Shown here in pieces: positions 12,230 to 24,857 of a DNA stretch of 47,952 nt. Where the stretch lies: assembly GCF_001194135.2 (NCBI RefSeq), contig NC_068996.1, forward strand, positions 43,901,148-43,949,099, in the 5' to 3' direction. Both the position numbers and the translations under genes were made by a program. The first letter of the stretch is position 1. The number at the start of each line of letters is the position of its first letter. This DNA comes from Octopus bimaculoides (taxonomy: Eukaryota). The notes below the pieces were generated by a model. That model searched no databases. It was not told where the DNA came from and saw only the letters and a list, made by a program, of their open reading frames with translations.

Positions 12230-12517
12230 TACTCTCCAGAAAACCAGAAAATCCAGAAATCCGGGACAATTTTAGCACCAAGAATGCTGAATATTTGGTT
12301 CGGCATTATAAACTGAGAGTATTAAGGACAGAGTTATCTGCCCACACTTCCGACATTATTACCTGCCTTATTTAAATCGAGACGAGACAAGAGAAAAGGA
12401 AATCGTCGAACAAAATGCTATCTGTAGGAAACCGAACACTTTAAGGTCTGTTGTAGAACGTCTGAGGCGACCGGTGTCAATTATCAAGTGCAAGCTAGGA
12501 GTTAAAAATAATTAACA
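12230..12517 (+). promoter_or_regulatory. Probable promoter / 5' UTR region of the + strand gene
   Basis: Non-repetitive, CpG-containing stretch immediately 5' of the ATG, with an ETS-like cttccg motif near 12347; the TSS cannot be located from sequence alone. Confidence 0.35.
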
Positions 12518-12665
12518 ATGAGTAAAACGAATGCTATTAATAAACTTGCCAGGAATTATAAACTGGCAAACACAGCAAGTTCCAGTAAAACGCAATTAAC
12601 TTCGGTTGTTGACGAAGTAAATGTTAAACAACAAGAAAGAGATATTCCTGCGTCTCCCACTTCAG
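12518..12665 (+). CDS. Putative coding exon 1 of an unidentified multi-exon gene (MSKTNAINKLARNYKLANTASSSKTQLTSVVDEVNVKQQERDIPASPTS)
   Basis: ATG in context aacaATGa; open for 49 codons +1 nt; ends tcag|gtctat (weak GT donor, phase 1), matching the phase-1 acceptor of exon 2; preceded by non-repetitive, relatively CpG-rich sequence. Confidence 0.55.
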
Positions 12666-13412
12666 GTCTATTATTGTTTTATATCACAATTTATTTGTTC
12701 ATTTTCGTATAAACTTGTTTGTTCTCTGTACCAGGTGTAATTGTCCAACATATGTTCTAATTTTATTATTATTTTTTTATCGTAATTGCTAAACATCAAC
12801 ACACGTATGTGTGTCGGTGTTAACGTAACTTGTCATCTTAAAACATATGGCCTATGTGGTTATACTGGTTATTATAACTTAAATGAAATATTACACTCTG
12901 CAGTCACGACGTGCACATTCATTGAGAAAGCGAATAGGGCACTTAAATGGTAAGGCACCGTGTCGAGTCAAAATTAAATTGCATACACAGGTTATTTATA
13001 TAATCAATTGAACCCTACTGAGTATATTGTCAGCCCCTGGGTTGATCCAGAAATATACAGTGTATTAAATATATGGTCCATAATTACTTCGGAATACTCG
13101 AGGAGCAGGTTCCGAGAGGTGAATAATGCATAAATAACAAACTTATCCATCGTTTGTTATGGGGTACAATTTGTGTGCAGAGGTAGTGAGAGACGGTTTA
13201 TTTTATGGGGTGTCCGCCTTATAAGGGTATGGGTGTTTGTATATGGTCGCATTAGTCAAACTCTTTTTGCTGGGGGCCGAGAGCATTGGTGGAAGGATGA
13301 TGCCGGAGGGTCGAGGCAGGGGTCCTGTGGTTGCAATTATGGTGGAGCGCGTAGGGGGCAAGAATTAAAACACCTCACTCCTGATTCAGATACACACACA
13401 CATATTTAAAGT

Positions 13413-13582
13413 GGGGAAGGCCGGTTTATGAGATTACCTCAGGTTTCCCGTCCATGAATCGTTTAGCTTTATGGCGTATCATCAGATCCCAAGAACAGGT
13501 TTTTGGGATCTGACGATACGCCATCAAGCTAAACCCTTTATGGACGGGAAACCTAAGGTAATCCCATAAACCGGTCCTCCCC
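13413..13582. mobile_element. 170-bp near-perfect palindrome (MITE-like), with ttaa close to both ends
   Basis: 84-nt arms with about 10 mismatches and a 2-nt spacer (ag). Confidence 0.85.
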
Positions 13583-14076
13583 ATGTTTAATCTATACTGC
13601 TCTACATCTTAGAATGTGCTTCTTTCGGATTTATGTTTTTCACAAAGCGACTGTTTAAAGAAGATCTGAGAAGCCGTAAACCAAATTCCCCTTTTTTACT
13701 ATTTTAATTCTCACACTTGTCCTTTTTCAGTATGACTTGTCAACCACCACTGAAATTAATAAATCTTGTACATTCTAACAAATTAATATACAGTTTTAAT
13801 TTCAAACTCACACCTTCTGTTTTGAACATGATAATTTATCAACATTGAAACATTTTGATTTGTCAACATTGAAACTTTTAACGATGTTTTTTTTTTATCT
13901 TACACTTTTACCATTGATAAACAAAAAATATTGTTGAAACTAGTTTGGTATATATGTAAATAAATGTACTTTAAACATTTACGAGCTTTTGAAATTTAAG
14001 TGCATTTTCAACAATACATTTTCCTATATATATATATATATATTCTTATATTTAGGAAGCCCAGCGATAGACTTAG

Positions 14077-14167
<91 letters not shown>

Positions 14168-15112
14168 TCAGTGGATCATATATCCGAAAAGTACACTAAA
14201 GTATACACACACGTATACATATGAAATGCATGTGTTTGTACACAGAGACGTGGCGTGTGTGTACACACAAACCACTTATGTCTCCATCATTCAGATCCGT
14301 CCATATAAGCGCCAACCCCCAAGCTTTATTGCTGGTACTAATTTTCATGGACTTATATGTCTGTGTGTTTGCTGTATATGAATGAGGTTCAGGGAAAATT
14401 AATTATTGGACCTTAAACTCTAGAACACCGTTTGGAATCTGTTGCAGTATTTAACTTTGTTTCTTTGTTTTGCACACGTCAGCAACAATTTTCGTAATGA
14501 ACTCAGCCTCAGCTGATCTGTTATCAAGCAGACTTCTATTAAAGGTGTTCCTGTAGTAAACCTCCTGTATTTTGTTTCGTTTGGAAAGGTAGGGGTAGCA
14601 TAGACACTCCACTTTCCTTTTGTTTTCTTTTGCTTTACATACGACGTGTAATCCCTCAACATTTTTATATCCGTGGGATTTTCAGAAAATGTTTGCGAAT
14701 TTGTATTTTACACACAGAAATTCATACGATTATGCAAGAACCAAAATTAAAAACAAATTTTCTGCGTGATTTAAGGGCTATTTAGCTGTTGCTTTTAGCA
14801 CATCTCACGACCACTTCATACCCTCCTTGTTTGTCAGTTTGACGTATTGATGTTTTTCAATATCTTTCTCCCCATAAACACATTTTACAGTCTGTTGCGG
14901 AGATTTAAACTAAAAATTCGGATTGTCCTTATTTTAAACTGTGATTTAAAAACAAAACTTCGAAAAATTAAAATTAAAATTTTTTTCATAATCTTCTCAA
15001 ACTGTTAGAAATAGCAGCAAAATCTCTATTAAATTCACACCCTGCTGATCTTGAAAGGGAAGGTAAGGCACACCGGATAATGTAATGTAGTCTTAGATAT
15101 GCAATGCTCAGA

Positions 15113-15201
15113 ATAATTACAAGGTGGTTATAGTTAGTACTGATAATTACAAGGTGGTTATAGTTGGTACTGATAATTACAAGGTAGTTATAGTTGGTAT
15201 G
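15113..15201 (+). repeat. Minisatellite, 3 x 30 bp (ataattacaaggtggttatagtt(a/g)gtactg)
   Basis: Read directly; period 30. Confidence 0.95.
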
Positions 15202-15238
15202 ATCACCTGGAGTGCACAGTGAAGGCTGCCCCGTTGCT

Positions 15239-16062
15239 CATTCATTATTATCATCCTTGTCATTTTAACGTTCACTTTTCCATGCTTGTATGGGTCAGGC
15301 AGATTTCCTACGACAAGATGCCTTTCCAGTTGCCAACACTCGGTTGTTTCAGAGCAAACTAATAAGTATTCCCCCTTGTCCAGACAAGGAATAATGAAAC
15401 CATGTCAATACAGAGACACAAGCACCATACACACTCACAGACATACCTACACAAATATATATATATATAAAATCATTTAACGTCCGTTGTCCATGCTAGC
15501 ATGGGTTGGACGGTTTGACCAGGGGTGACCAACTGGGGGGCTGCACCAGACTCCATCTGGATTTGGCATGGTTTCAGTGACTGGATGCCCTTACTAACAC
15601 CAGCCCCTCTGAGAATGTAATGGGTGCTTTTTACGTGCCACTGGCACAGGTGCCAGTTACATGGCACCATTATCTGCCGTGACTTCGATTTCACTTGGCT
15701 TGATGGGTCTTTTTAGGCGCAGTATATTGCCAAAGGTCTCTGTGAAGCCCAACACTCAAACAGGTACCAGTTACACGACACTGGAATCGGACACATTGCC
15801 TCCGTGAGGCTCAACACTTGATAGGTACTTTTTACATTCTACTGGCACAGGTGCCAGTTATGTGACACTGGCATTGGACATTCCCTCCGTCCAATTGCAT
15901 TCCCTCTGTGAGGTGTAACGTTTGACAGATGTTTTTTATGCGCTATCAGCGTGGATACCAGATGCCTCTGTCATGCTCAACGCTCGAAAAGTGCTTTTTA
16001 TGTGTGTGCACTGGTACGCGATAGCAGCATCAGCCACATTGCCTCTGTGAGACCCCTCATAT
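15239..16062 (-). mobile_element. Two RTE-tail (family B) elements, at ~15239-15360 and ~15468-16062
   Basis: tttaacgtccg..tccatgctagcatgggttggacg starts, with multiple sub-repeat modules. Confidence 0.8.
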
Positions 16063-16099
16063 ATATATAAATAAATTTCAGGGTAGTAAAATATTATTT

Positions 16100-16137
<38 letters not shown>

Positions 16138-16196
16138 ACTGTGGTCTAGCGTGTAGAAAAACTAGTCAATAGACTATATATTATTCATTATATATA

Positions 16197-16437
16197 CAAT
16201 GTACATTTAAACACATGAGATGGCCATAATCGGACATCTAAACTGCTAGAAGGAACAGTTAAAATCCAAACCATAATTAGGGGTAATTTCGAAAGGGAAT
16301 GAAAAATAAAAATATTTATCATCTATTTCCTGGACCATGGTTTCAACCTATCCAATTGTGGTTTGGATTTTAACTACTACTTCTAGCAGTTTAGATATCT
16401 GATTATGGCCATCTCTTATGTGTTTAAATGTACACTG
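16197..16437. mobile_element. Tc1/mariner-type MITE
   Basis: TA|ca(a/g)tgtac ... gtacactg|TA with ~80-bp imperfect TIRs. Confidence 0.85.
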
Positions 16438-16443
16438 TATGTA

Positions 16444-17137
16444 TCATCATCATCATCGTTTAACGTCCGCTTTCCATGCTAGCATGGGTTGGACGATTTG
16501 ACTGAGGACTGGTGAAACCGGATGGCAACACCAGGCTCCAGTCTAATTTGGCAGAGTTTCTACAGCTGGATGCCCTTCCTAACGCCAACCACTCAGAGAG
16601 TGTAGTGGGTGNNNNNNNNNNNNNNNNNNNNNNNNNNNNNNNNNNNNNNNNNNNNNNNNNNNNNNNNNNNNNNNNNNNNNNNNNNNNNNNNNNNNNNNNN
16701 NNNNNNNNNNNNNNNNNNNNNNNNNNNNNNNNNNNNNNNNNNNNNNNNNNNNNNNNNNNNNNNNNNNNNNNNNNNNNNNNNNNNNNNNNNNNNNNNNNNN
16801 NNNNNNNNNNNNNNNNNNNNNNNNNNNNNNNNNNNNNNNNNNNNNNNNNNNNNNNNNNNNNNNNNNNNNNNNNNNNNNNNNNNNNNNNNNNNNNNNNNNN
16901 NNNNNNNNNNNNNNNNNNNNNNNNNNNNNNNNNNNNNNNNNNNNNNNNNNNNNNNNNNNNNNNNNNNNNNNNNNNNNNNNNNNNNNNNNNNNNNNNNNNN
17001 NNNNNNNNNNNNNNNNNNNNNNNNNNNNNNNNNNNNNNNNGTTAGGGTGTGGCACTTTTTCACGCAGCTATCCTCATCCATTCTCACCACATGTCCATAC
17101 CAGCGCAATCATCTCTCTTGCACACCACAACTGATGC

Positions 17138-17140
<3 letters not shown>
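16444..17140 (-). mobile_element. 3' end of an RTE LINE spanning an N gap
   Basis: Minus-strand RWYGHVVRMDEDSCVKKC (RTE ORF2 C-terminal motif) right of the gap; the canonical 3' tail and (gat)n on the - strand left of the gap. Confidence 0.85.
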
Positions 17141-17186
<46 letters not shown>

Positions 17187-17684
17187 ATGTATGGATGTAT
17201 ATATATTATAATATATATATATGTATGTATGTATATTCGACTTTTGTTGGTGCCTGCGACAACTTAGTTCATTTGAAGTCTTTAGTGCTTGTCGCTGGAA
17301 CCGGGATTGACTTCAACATGTTGCAGAATCAGCTGCCAACAGATGGACCGCTTTGGCTTGTGACGCAAAGAACTCAATAGGAAGCAGATTAAACCTTCCC
17401 AGGTGAATGCTCTTACAGAAAAAAATAAAAGAATATGCATATTAATATCTATCTATATACCAGTTTTTATCTGTTAAGTTCATTCACAAAGCTTTGATTG
17501 GCCAAAAGCAATAGTAGAATACACTTGCTGAGAGTGCTGTGCAATGGGAACAAAGCTAAACATCTTCACTAGTTTTTTTTTTCCTAATGTTCAATCAAGC
17601 GGAATGGGTTAGTCTTCTCAAGAGGTCTTCTTAGACTGGAGAAATCAATATCGACGTTCCTCTTGAACTGGAAGAAATTCCAGA

Positions 17685-17814
17685 CAGGTTGTGTGGTTAA
17701 AAACTTTGCTTCTTGGTCACATGGTTCCAGGTTCAATACCTTGGGGAAGTGTCTTCTACTATAACCACGGACTGACCAAACCCTTGTGAGTGGTTTTAGT
17801 AGATGGAAACTGAA
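17685..17814 (+). mobile_element. SINE family A, 5' half, followed by a family D head fragment (to ~17865)
   Basis: Head and CORE-like segment, then ggcagcaaactggcagaaacattagcactccgggcgaaatgcttagcg. Confidence 0.8.
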
Positions 17815-19006
17815 GGCAGCAAACTGGCAGAAACATTAGCACTCCGGGCGAAATGCTTAGCGTTTCAACTTTCAGGAAACATATGTAGCTTGGATTTTAC
17901 CTACTCCATTCCCTAAACTTGGAATTATGTGTATATATATATATATATATATATCCCCAAAATTAGACATGAATATCTAAACATTGTCCAACCTTAGTTA
18001 GGTTACCTTTGAAGGACAATTCAGAATAACATGTGTATCCCCATCATTAGCTGCCCGTGATAATGTTTTCATCTCATTATCTTGACATTACATGAATGTT
18101 GTAAATGATTGTCACTGCCATACAAACATTATTGTTATTCTGCAAAAATATGTCTACCATGAGAAATTATTACCTCGCTTGGAAACAGATGAGGATTGGC
18201 AACAGGAAAAGCATCCAGCTGTAGAAAATTTGCATTAACCAAGCTCTGTCCATCCTATGCAAGCATTGAAAAAGTGAGAGTTTAAAAATGGTGATGTGTC
18301 CTTAGAAGAAAAGGAAGTGGGGGCGGTGAATGCAATTTGGGTGATAAAAGAAGTATACCAGGTGAGTGAGGAGTGTCTATAAAGGATCAGGCACAACTCC
18401 AAGAATTTGGGGCTTCTAGCAATAGAAAAAGTAGAGAGGAGACAATAAGTTCATAATCTTTATTACACAGTTAGTAAAGAAATGACAACTGGTACATTTG
18501 AGTTGTTGTATTAATGCCTTTTGAATGGAATTTGTAAGTGGAGTGAGATCAATCCATCTAAGCAAAATGGCAACACTATGTTAACATTTCATTGTAGGCA
18601 ATATGTCCTGTTTTACAGAGAATGTAAATATGATATTGCTGTTTTACTCAGAGTGACGAAATGTCTTGTTACTCAATTCAAAGATCAGTAGAATTAAAGA
18701 AAATCTCTTATTTGAGAAACAGGAAAGAGTAGTTAACAGAAAACGGTTATTAAGCACTATATGAAATAAATCTCTGTCCGGTCTATGACAGCATGGAAAA
18801 ACAAACAAATATACCATTGGTGCATGCACTTTGACAAAGCAAGAGTACATTCTGAATGAAATAAAACATTATGCATGTAAATAATTAAGGCTGCCTAAAG
18901 GAAACCTAAGCAGAATTGATAAGGTCAGTTCTTAGAACTTTAGCTTTGCTGCCATGATGTTTAGAAAGATGCATATAAGAATCCATTCTAACTACATTGA
19001 TTAACA

Positions 19007-19400
19007 GCACCGTCCGAGCGTGCCGGTGGCATGTAAATAGCACCATTTGAACATGATCATTATCAGCATCGCCTTACTGGCACTTGTGCCGGTGGCTCGT
19101 GAAAAAACATTCAAGTGAGGTCATTGCCAGTGTTGCTGGACTGGCTCCTGTGCAGGTGGCACATAAAAAACACTGTTTGTGTGTGGCCGTTGCCAGTACT
19201 GACTGGCCCTAGTGCCAGTGGCACGTAAAAGCACCCACTACACTCTCGGAGTGGTTGGCATTAGGAAGGGTATCCAGCTGTAGAAACTCTGCCAGATCAG
19301 ATTGGAGCCTAGTGTAGCTATCTGGTTCACCAGTCCTCAGTCAAATTGTCCAACCCATGCTAGCATGGAAAGCGGACATTGAATGATGATGGTGATGATG
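19007..19400 (+). mobile_element. RTE-tail element (family B)
   Basis: Collinear with 4076-4500; (gat)n tail. Confidence 0.9.
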
Positions 19401-19754
19401 ATACAGAAATCTCACATTATCGAAATCTTGAAGCTACAAAAATGTGTGGCTAATTCCAAACAATGTGAATAAATAAGCTTTACATTTAATAGATTAATCT
19501 GAATGCTTAAGGCTTAACATCTACTTTTCCATGCTTGCATGGGTCAGACAAGATTTATTGTAGCAGATTTTCTACCGCCAGATCCTCTTGTCACTAACTC
19601 ACACCTGTTTCTAAGCAAGGTAATATTTTCCTCTCCCACTTCTTCTCTGGACTTGTTTTCATGGAAGATTACAAATTTCACTTTTCCCTGCTTGTATGAA
19701 CTATGAACTTTGTTTGCAATTGGTGCATGATGTCAAAACAAAGATGTATTTTCA

Positions 19755-19905
19755 CACACACACATATACAACAGACTTCTTAAATTTACTCACAAGGCAT
19801 TGGTTAGCCCCGAGTTATGGTAGAAGACACTTGCCCAATGTATAGCACACACAAACTGAACCTGAAACTTCATTGTTACGAAGTGAACTTCTTAACCACA
19901 TAACT
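19755..19905 (-). mobile_element. SINE family A, 5' half, diverged
   Basis: ctcacaaggcattggttagccccgagttatggtagaagacacttgccc. Confidence 0.75.
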
Positions 19906-19917
19906 GTCGTCATTATC

Positions 19918-20130
19918 GTCAGGATCATTATTAATCATCTGTTTTCCATGCTAACATGGGTAAGATTGTTTGACTCTGAGCTGGTAAGCCAGAGTGTTGC
20001 ACCAAGTTCCAGTCGTCTATTTTGGCTTGCTTTCTACAGCTGGTTGCTTTTCCTAATGCCAGCCACTCCACAGAGTGTACTGGGTGCCTTTTACGTGACA
20101 CTGGCACAAATGCCTTTTACCATGCACGTG
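19918..20130 (-). mobile_element. RTE-tail element (family B)
   Basis: Reverse complement of the tail. Confidence 0.8.
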
Positions 20131-20211
20131 ATTAATATTATATTGGTTCATGTTTTGTGTCATATTTATTACGCTCCTAAATATGAAGTGCTATGTGAAT
20201 AATACTTTCTA

Positions 20212-20415
20212 CTGTAGGTACAAGGCCTGAAATTTTGGGGGATAGGGCTAGTTAATTATACTGACCCTCAGTGCTCTGCCGGTATTTATTTTATCGGCCC
20301 TGAAAGGATGAAGGGCAAAGTTGACCTTCGTTGCATTTACTTGCAGATCATAAAGAGGGACAAAACACTGCTAAGCATTCTATCTGGGATGCTAGTGATC
20401 CTGTCTGCTTGCCAC
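20212..20415 (-). mobile_element. SINE family D
   Basis: taggtacaaggcctgaaattttggggg ... ggatgaagggcaaagttgacc. Confidence 0.85.
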
Positions 20416-20446
20416 TTTTTTGTGAATGATAATGTGAATAATTTAG

Positions 20447-20610
20447 CAGGTGTGGTTAAATGGTAAGAAGTGTGCTTCCTAACCACTGGGTTCCAGGTTC
20501 ACTCCTACCACTTGGCACCTTAGGCAAGCATCCTGTATAACTCCGGGCCAGTCAAAACCTTGTGAGTAGATTTAATTGATGGAAACTAAGTGAAGTCTGT
20601 CATATATTTA
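20447..20610 (+). mobile_element. SINE family A, 5' half, diverged
   Basis: Head and CORE-like segment. Confidence 0.75.
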
Positions 20611-20615
20611 TATTG

Positions 20616-21075
20616 AGCGTGGCGGTTGCCAGTACTACCTGACTGGCCTTCGTGCCGGTGGCATGTAAGAGCACCCACTCCACACTTGGAGTGGTTGGCG
20701 TTAGGAAGGGCATCCAGCTGTAGAACCTCTGCCAAATCAGATTGGAGCCTGGTGTAACCACCTGGTTCACCAGTCCTCAGTCAAATCGTCCAACCCATGC
20801 TAGCATGGAAAGCGGATGTTAAACGATGATGATGATGTATGTATGTGTGTATGTTTTGTTCCTCCTTGTTTTGACATTGTGTGATAGTTGTAAATAGGTG
20901 TCAAAGTCACGCAAGAAGTGTCCTTCGATTCCAATATTCTGTAAGGACATGTTTGGCTATGGCATAATATTACCTTGCTTGGTAACAGAAAGGGTATCCA
21001 CCCTAGAAAATACACCTCAGTGAATTCTGTCTGACCCTGTGCAAACATGGAAAAGTGTATGTTAAATAGTGATGA
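20616..21075 (+). mobile_element. Two RTE-tail elements (20616-20838 and a diverged variant at 20880-21075)
   Basis: Both end in ...catggaaa..g.tgttaaa. (gat)n. Confidence 0.8.
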
Positions 21076-21135
21076 TAATGAATACTTAATTTCTAAGTTT
21101 TTATTTTATATTGAATATTTTTGTCTCCTATCTAG

Positions 21136-21270
21136 ATAGAGAAATGTCTCCTGCAAATGACTCATCATTTCTGAGTATCGAAGATCTTATGCTGTCCCAG
21201 ACTTACAACCCAAATAGTGATGTGACCTGGCAAGTTGCTTCACCGGAGGTTTTGCGTAAAATACACAAAG
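21136..21270 (+). CDS. Coding exon 2 ((D)REMSPANDSSFLSIEDLMLSQTYNPNSDVTWQVASPEVLRKIHK)
   Basis: Acceptor ttttgtctcctatctag|; donor aaag|gtaaat; 135 nt, phase 1-1, no stops. Confidence 0.85.
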
Positions 21271-21584
21271 GTAAATCTCCAAATCTTTCAAATTACTGTT
21301 TTTTGTGCAAAAATTTTGGGGAAGGGTAGGGGAGTGTTCCACCCACAAAGAGAATTTTACCGAGTCAGTGGGAGAATGTCTGTGAGATTATTTGACATAA
21401 TAGAAACAGCAAAGTTAGATTTCAAAGAAATAAGACCCCATCGACTTAACAAATAACAGTAGACATTGTGGTCCTAGAGTGACTTGGCAAAATCATTTGA
21501 GATGCAGACAAAATACCTTGTGGTATTTGCTTTAGCTCATTAGGTTCTAAGTTCAAATCCCACCGAAGTTAATATTAACATTAT

Positions 21585-21870
21585 GATGGTGTATGGTTCA
21601 GTTGTTAGTGTCTGGCTCATAATCATAAGGTAGTTAGTTTGATACTGGACAGGGCTGTGTGTTTGTGTTCTTGAGCAAGACACTTTATTTTATGTTGCTC
21701 CTGTTCACTTAGTTGTAGAAATGAGTTGCGACGTCACTGGTGCCAAGCTGTATAAACCTTTGGCTTTCCCTTGATGGATAACATCAGTGGCGTGAAGAGG
21801 GGAGGCCGGTATGCATGGGCAGCTGCTGGTCTTCCATAAACTACCTTGCCCAGACTTGTGCCTTGGAAGG
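21585..21870 (+). mobile_element. SINE related to family C (shared head and CORE-like part, different tail)
   Basis: tttgtgttcttgagcaagacactttattttatgttgctcc ... agttgtagaaatgagt. Confidence 0.7.
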
Positions 21871-22639
21871 GAACTTCCTAGGATTACAGAGTAATCTTGA
21901 AATACACTGCCTTTGTTTCATTTAATTTTTAAAATAATGAGACGGTATTGTAGTTCGCTTGAAGCATTGTGTATTGTTTGTAAAGAATAAAAAGATTTGA
22001 ATGGTACAACAATGCATTATAATACAAAAAATGGACTATATTACCTGTTGTAATTTAGTTATCCATTGTCTGATGATATTTTGGAATGCAATTCCTTCTT
22101 TAGATATTCTTAGAACAGGTATATATTACAACAGGTATATAGTCCATTTTTTGTATTATAGTGCATTGTTGTACCATTCAAAACTTTTTATTCTTTAAAA
22201 TAATTAATTTAGTAAAATAAATTTATTATTAAGCTGGTGTTTTAGAACATGAATTAACATCAAATTTTGATGGTAGGTTATAATTTAGATGACTTCAAAG
22301 TAGTTTGTACCATAGAATCAAGAAAAGTTTCAGACAGATTGATATCAAGAGTTAAAAAAACAAAGTGATGGTTGCTAGAATGTCTTTGTTTTGGAATTAT
22401 TGAAATGTGGAAGAGAAGATCCAAGACTCTTTTTTTCTGGGATCTTACAAGACTGGTAAGAGAAGTTATCCTTAAGCCACAGAACTGATCTGAATAATTG
22501 TAACAGAGTGGCCTCTGCTAATGACACAAGGATCATGCAGTGGTGTTAAAACCAGACAACAGATTAGGTCTGCCACTCTGATTATAGATTAGCTTAATGA
22601 AGGTTGACTTGTGGCAAAATACCTACATAGGTCATAGTC

Positions 22640-22815
22640 ACAGGCATGGCTGTGTGGTAAGAAGCTTGCTTCCCAACCACATGGTCTCTGGTTCAGTCCC
22701 ACTGCATAGCATCTTGGGCATCTTCTACTACAACCTTGGACTGACCAAACCCTTGAGTGGATTTAATAGATGGAAACTGAAAGAAGCCCATCGTATATCT
22801 ATGTATATATTATAC
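22640..22815 (+). mobile_element. SINE family A, 5' half
   Basis: ggctgtgtggtaagaagcttgcttcccaaccac ... ggaaactgaaagaagccc. Confidence 0.85.
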
Positions 22816-22821
22816 AAATAT

Positions 22822-23003
22822 GTGCCGGTGGCACGTAAAAGCACCCACTACACTCTCGGAGTGGTTGGCGTTAGGAAGGGCATCCAGCTGTAGAAACTCT
22901 GCCAGATCAGATTGGAGCCTGGTGTAGCCATCTGGTTCACCAGTCCTCAGTCAAATCGTCCAATCCATGCTAGCATGGAAAGCGGACGTTAAACAATGAA
23001 CGA
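22822..23003 (+). mobile_element. RTE-tail element (family B), 5'-truncated
   Basis: Near identical to the tail at 19210-19400. Confidence 0.9.
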
Positions 23004-23919
23004 TGTGTGTGTGTGTGTGTGTCNNNNNNNNNNNNNNNNNNNNNNNNNNNNNNNNNNNNNNNNNNNNNNNNNNNNNNNNNNNNNNNNNNNNNNNNNNNNN
23101 NNNNNNNNNNNNNNNNNNNNNNNNNNNNNNNNNNNNNNNNNNNNNNNNNNNNNNNNNNNNNNNNNNNNNNNNNNNNNNNNNNNNNNNNNNNNNNNNNNNN
23201 NNNNNNNNNNNNNNNNNNNNNNNNNNNNNNNNNNNNNNNNNNNNNNNNNNNNNNNNNNNNNNNNNNNNNNNNNNNNNNNNNNNNNNNNNNNNNNNNNNNN
23301 NNNNNNNNNNNNNNNNNNNNNNNNNNNNNNNNNNNNNNNNNNNNNNNNNNNNNNNNNNNNNNNNNNNNNNNNNNNNNNNNNNNNNNNNNNNNNNNNNNNN
23401 NNNNNNNNNNNNNNNNNNNNNNNNNNNNNNNNNNNNNNNNNNNNNNNNNNNNNNNNNNNNNNNNNNNNNNNNNNNNNNNNNNNNNNNNNNNNNNNNNNNN
23501 NNNNNNNNNNNNNNNNNNNNNNNNNNNNNNNNNNNNNNNNNNNNNNNNNNNNNNNNNNNNNNNNNNNNNNNNNNNNNNNNNNNNNNNNNNNNNNNNNNNN
23601 NNNNNNNNNNNNNNNNNNNNNNNNNNNNNNNNNNNNNNNNNNNNNNNNNNNNNNNNNNNNNNNNNNNNNNNNNNNNNNNNNNNNNNNNNNNNNNNNNNNN
23701 NNNNNNNNNNNNNNNNNNNNNNNNNTATATTATATTTATATAGATACGGTGATAATTCTTTATTCTGTATATTTCTCATTTTGTCCTTTCCTGGCGTTTT
23801 GCGAAATTTTTTCTGGAGAACATATTTTTTTTTTGTGGTTGGGTTGTTGATGACCTCTTTCTAGCATATTGGATGTCCACCTAGTGGTCATCCCTTATAC
23901 ACGTGTAATACATATATAC

Positions 23920-23957
<38 letters not shown>

Positions 23958-24082
23958 TTTTTCAGTCTGCAGAGAAATGGCTAAAATTTGCCCTGTTTAT
24001 AATTATACCACATGTTATATATATATATGTGTGAATAATTTAATTGATATTGTTCTCACGTTTTAACCATTTTCTTCTGCAG

Positions 24083-24138
24083 CAATTGTGCAGAACCAGA
24101 AAATACGGAAAAACAAATGTGCTACTTTGAATAAAGAT
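24083..24138 (+). CDS. Coding exon 3 ((A)IVQNQKIRKNKCATLNKD)
   Basis: Acceptor ttttcttctgcag|; donor gat|gtaagt; 56 nt, phase 1-0, in frame with exon 2. Confidence 0.85.
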
Positions 24139-24631
24139 GTAAGTGAATTGACTATATATTTTTGGGGGCTTCTTTCTGTTTTTGCTAGTTTTTATTTTTT
24201 TTTATTTTGGTTTGATTTTGTTTTTCTTATTAATTCAGTGACTCTGTAAAATCTGTTGTGCTCCAATGTTCAGTTTTGGCTCAATGCTCTCTTTCTCCTG
24301 TACCTCAAAAACCTTTTTGCTATTGCCCTCTATCAATACCCTCTCTGTGCTACTGCTACACACACACAACTGTTTCAATAGGCTTCTCAATTGATTGCCT
24401 ATTACTATGTAGTCACCCTCAGACACCCTTCTCACTTCTGTCCTTTATATCTGCTATCTCCTCTCTTTTGCGCCAGTGGAGCACTAACAGTACTGTCCGA
24501 GCATGTTCATTGCCAGAGCAGCTGTGTGGCTTCCATGCTAGTGGCCCGTAAATAGCACCATTTGAGCAGAATCGTTACCAGCGTTGCCTTCTAGCACTTG
24601 TGCTGGTGGCACGTTAGAAAATCATTCTTAA

Positions 24632-24853
24632 CCCTTTTGATACCAACCCACCTGAAACTGGCTCTGGCTTTGTAGTACAAATGTCTTCTTTTCAAAAGTT
24701 TTGAATTAAAATCTTCCACCAAACCTTAGTCGCAATTTATGTTCCTAACACTAGCTTAATGATAACTAAGTTATTTTACTAAATTCTTTGATATATATAA
24801 AATTAATTGAAAGAAACACAGAGCATCTCAACAGAAATATGGTAACGGAAGCA
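24632..24853. mobile_element. piggyBac-type MITE (inverted related copy at ~22160-22355)
   Basis: ttaa|ccctttt ... ggtaacggaagca|ttaa; the interior matches the reverse complement of 22160-22355. Confidence 0.7.
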
Positions 24854-24857
24854 TTAA

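Noticed and set aside
12617-12622. Stronger donor gaa|gtaaat inside exon 1
   Set aside because: Phase 0; joining it to the exon 2 acceptors does not keep the frame.
14490-14550. Possible exon TIFVMNSASADLLSSRLLLK
   Set aside because: Poor donor (gtgttc), and its phase-0 end does not fit the phase-1 acceptor of exon 2.
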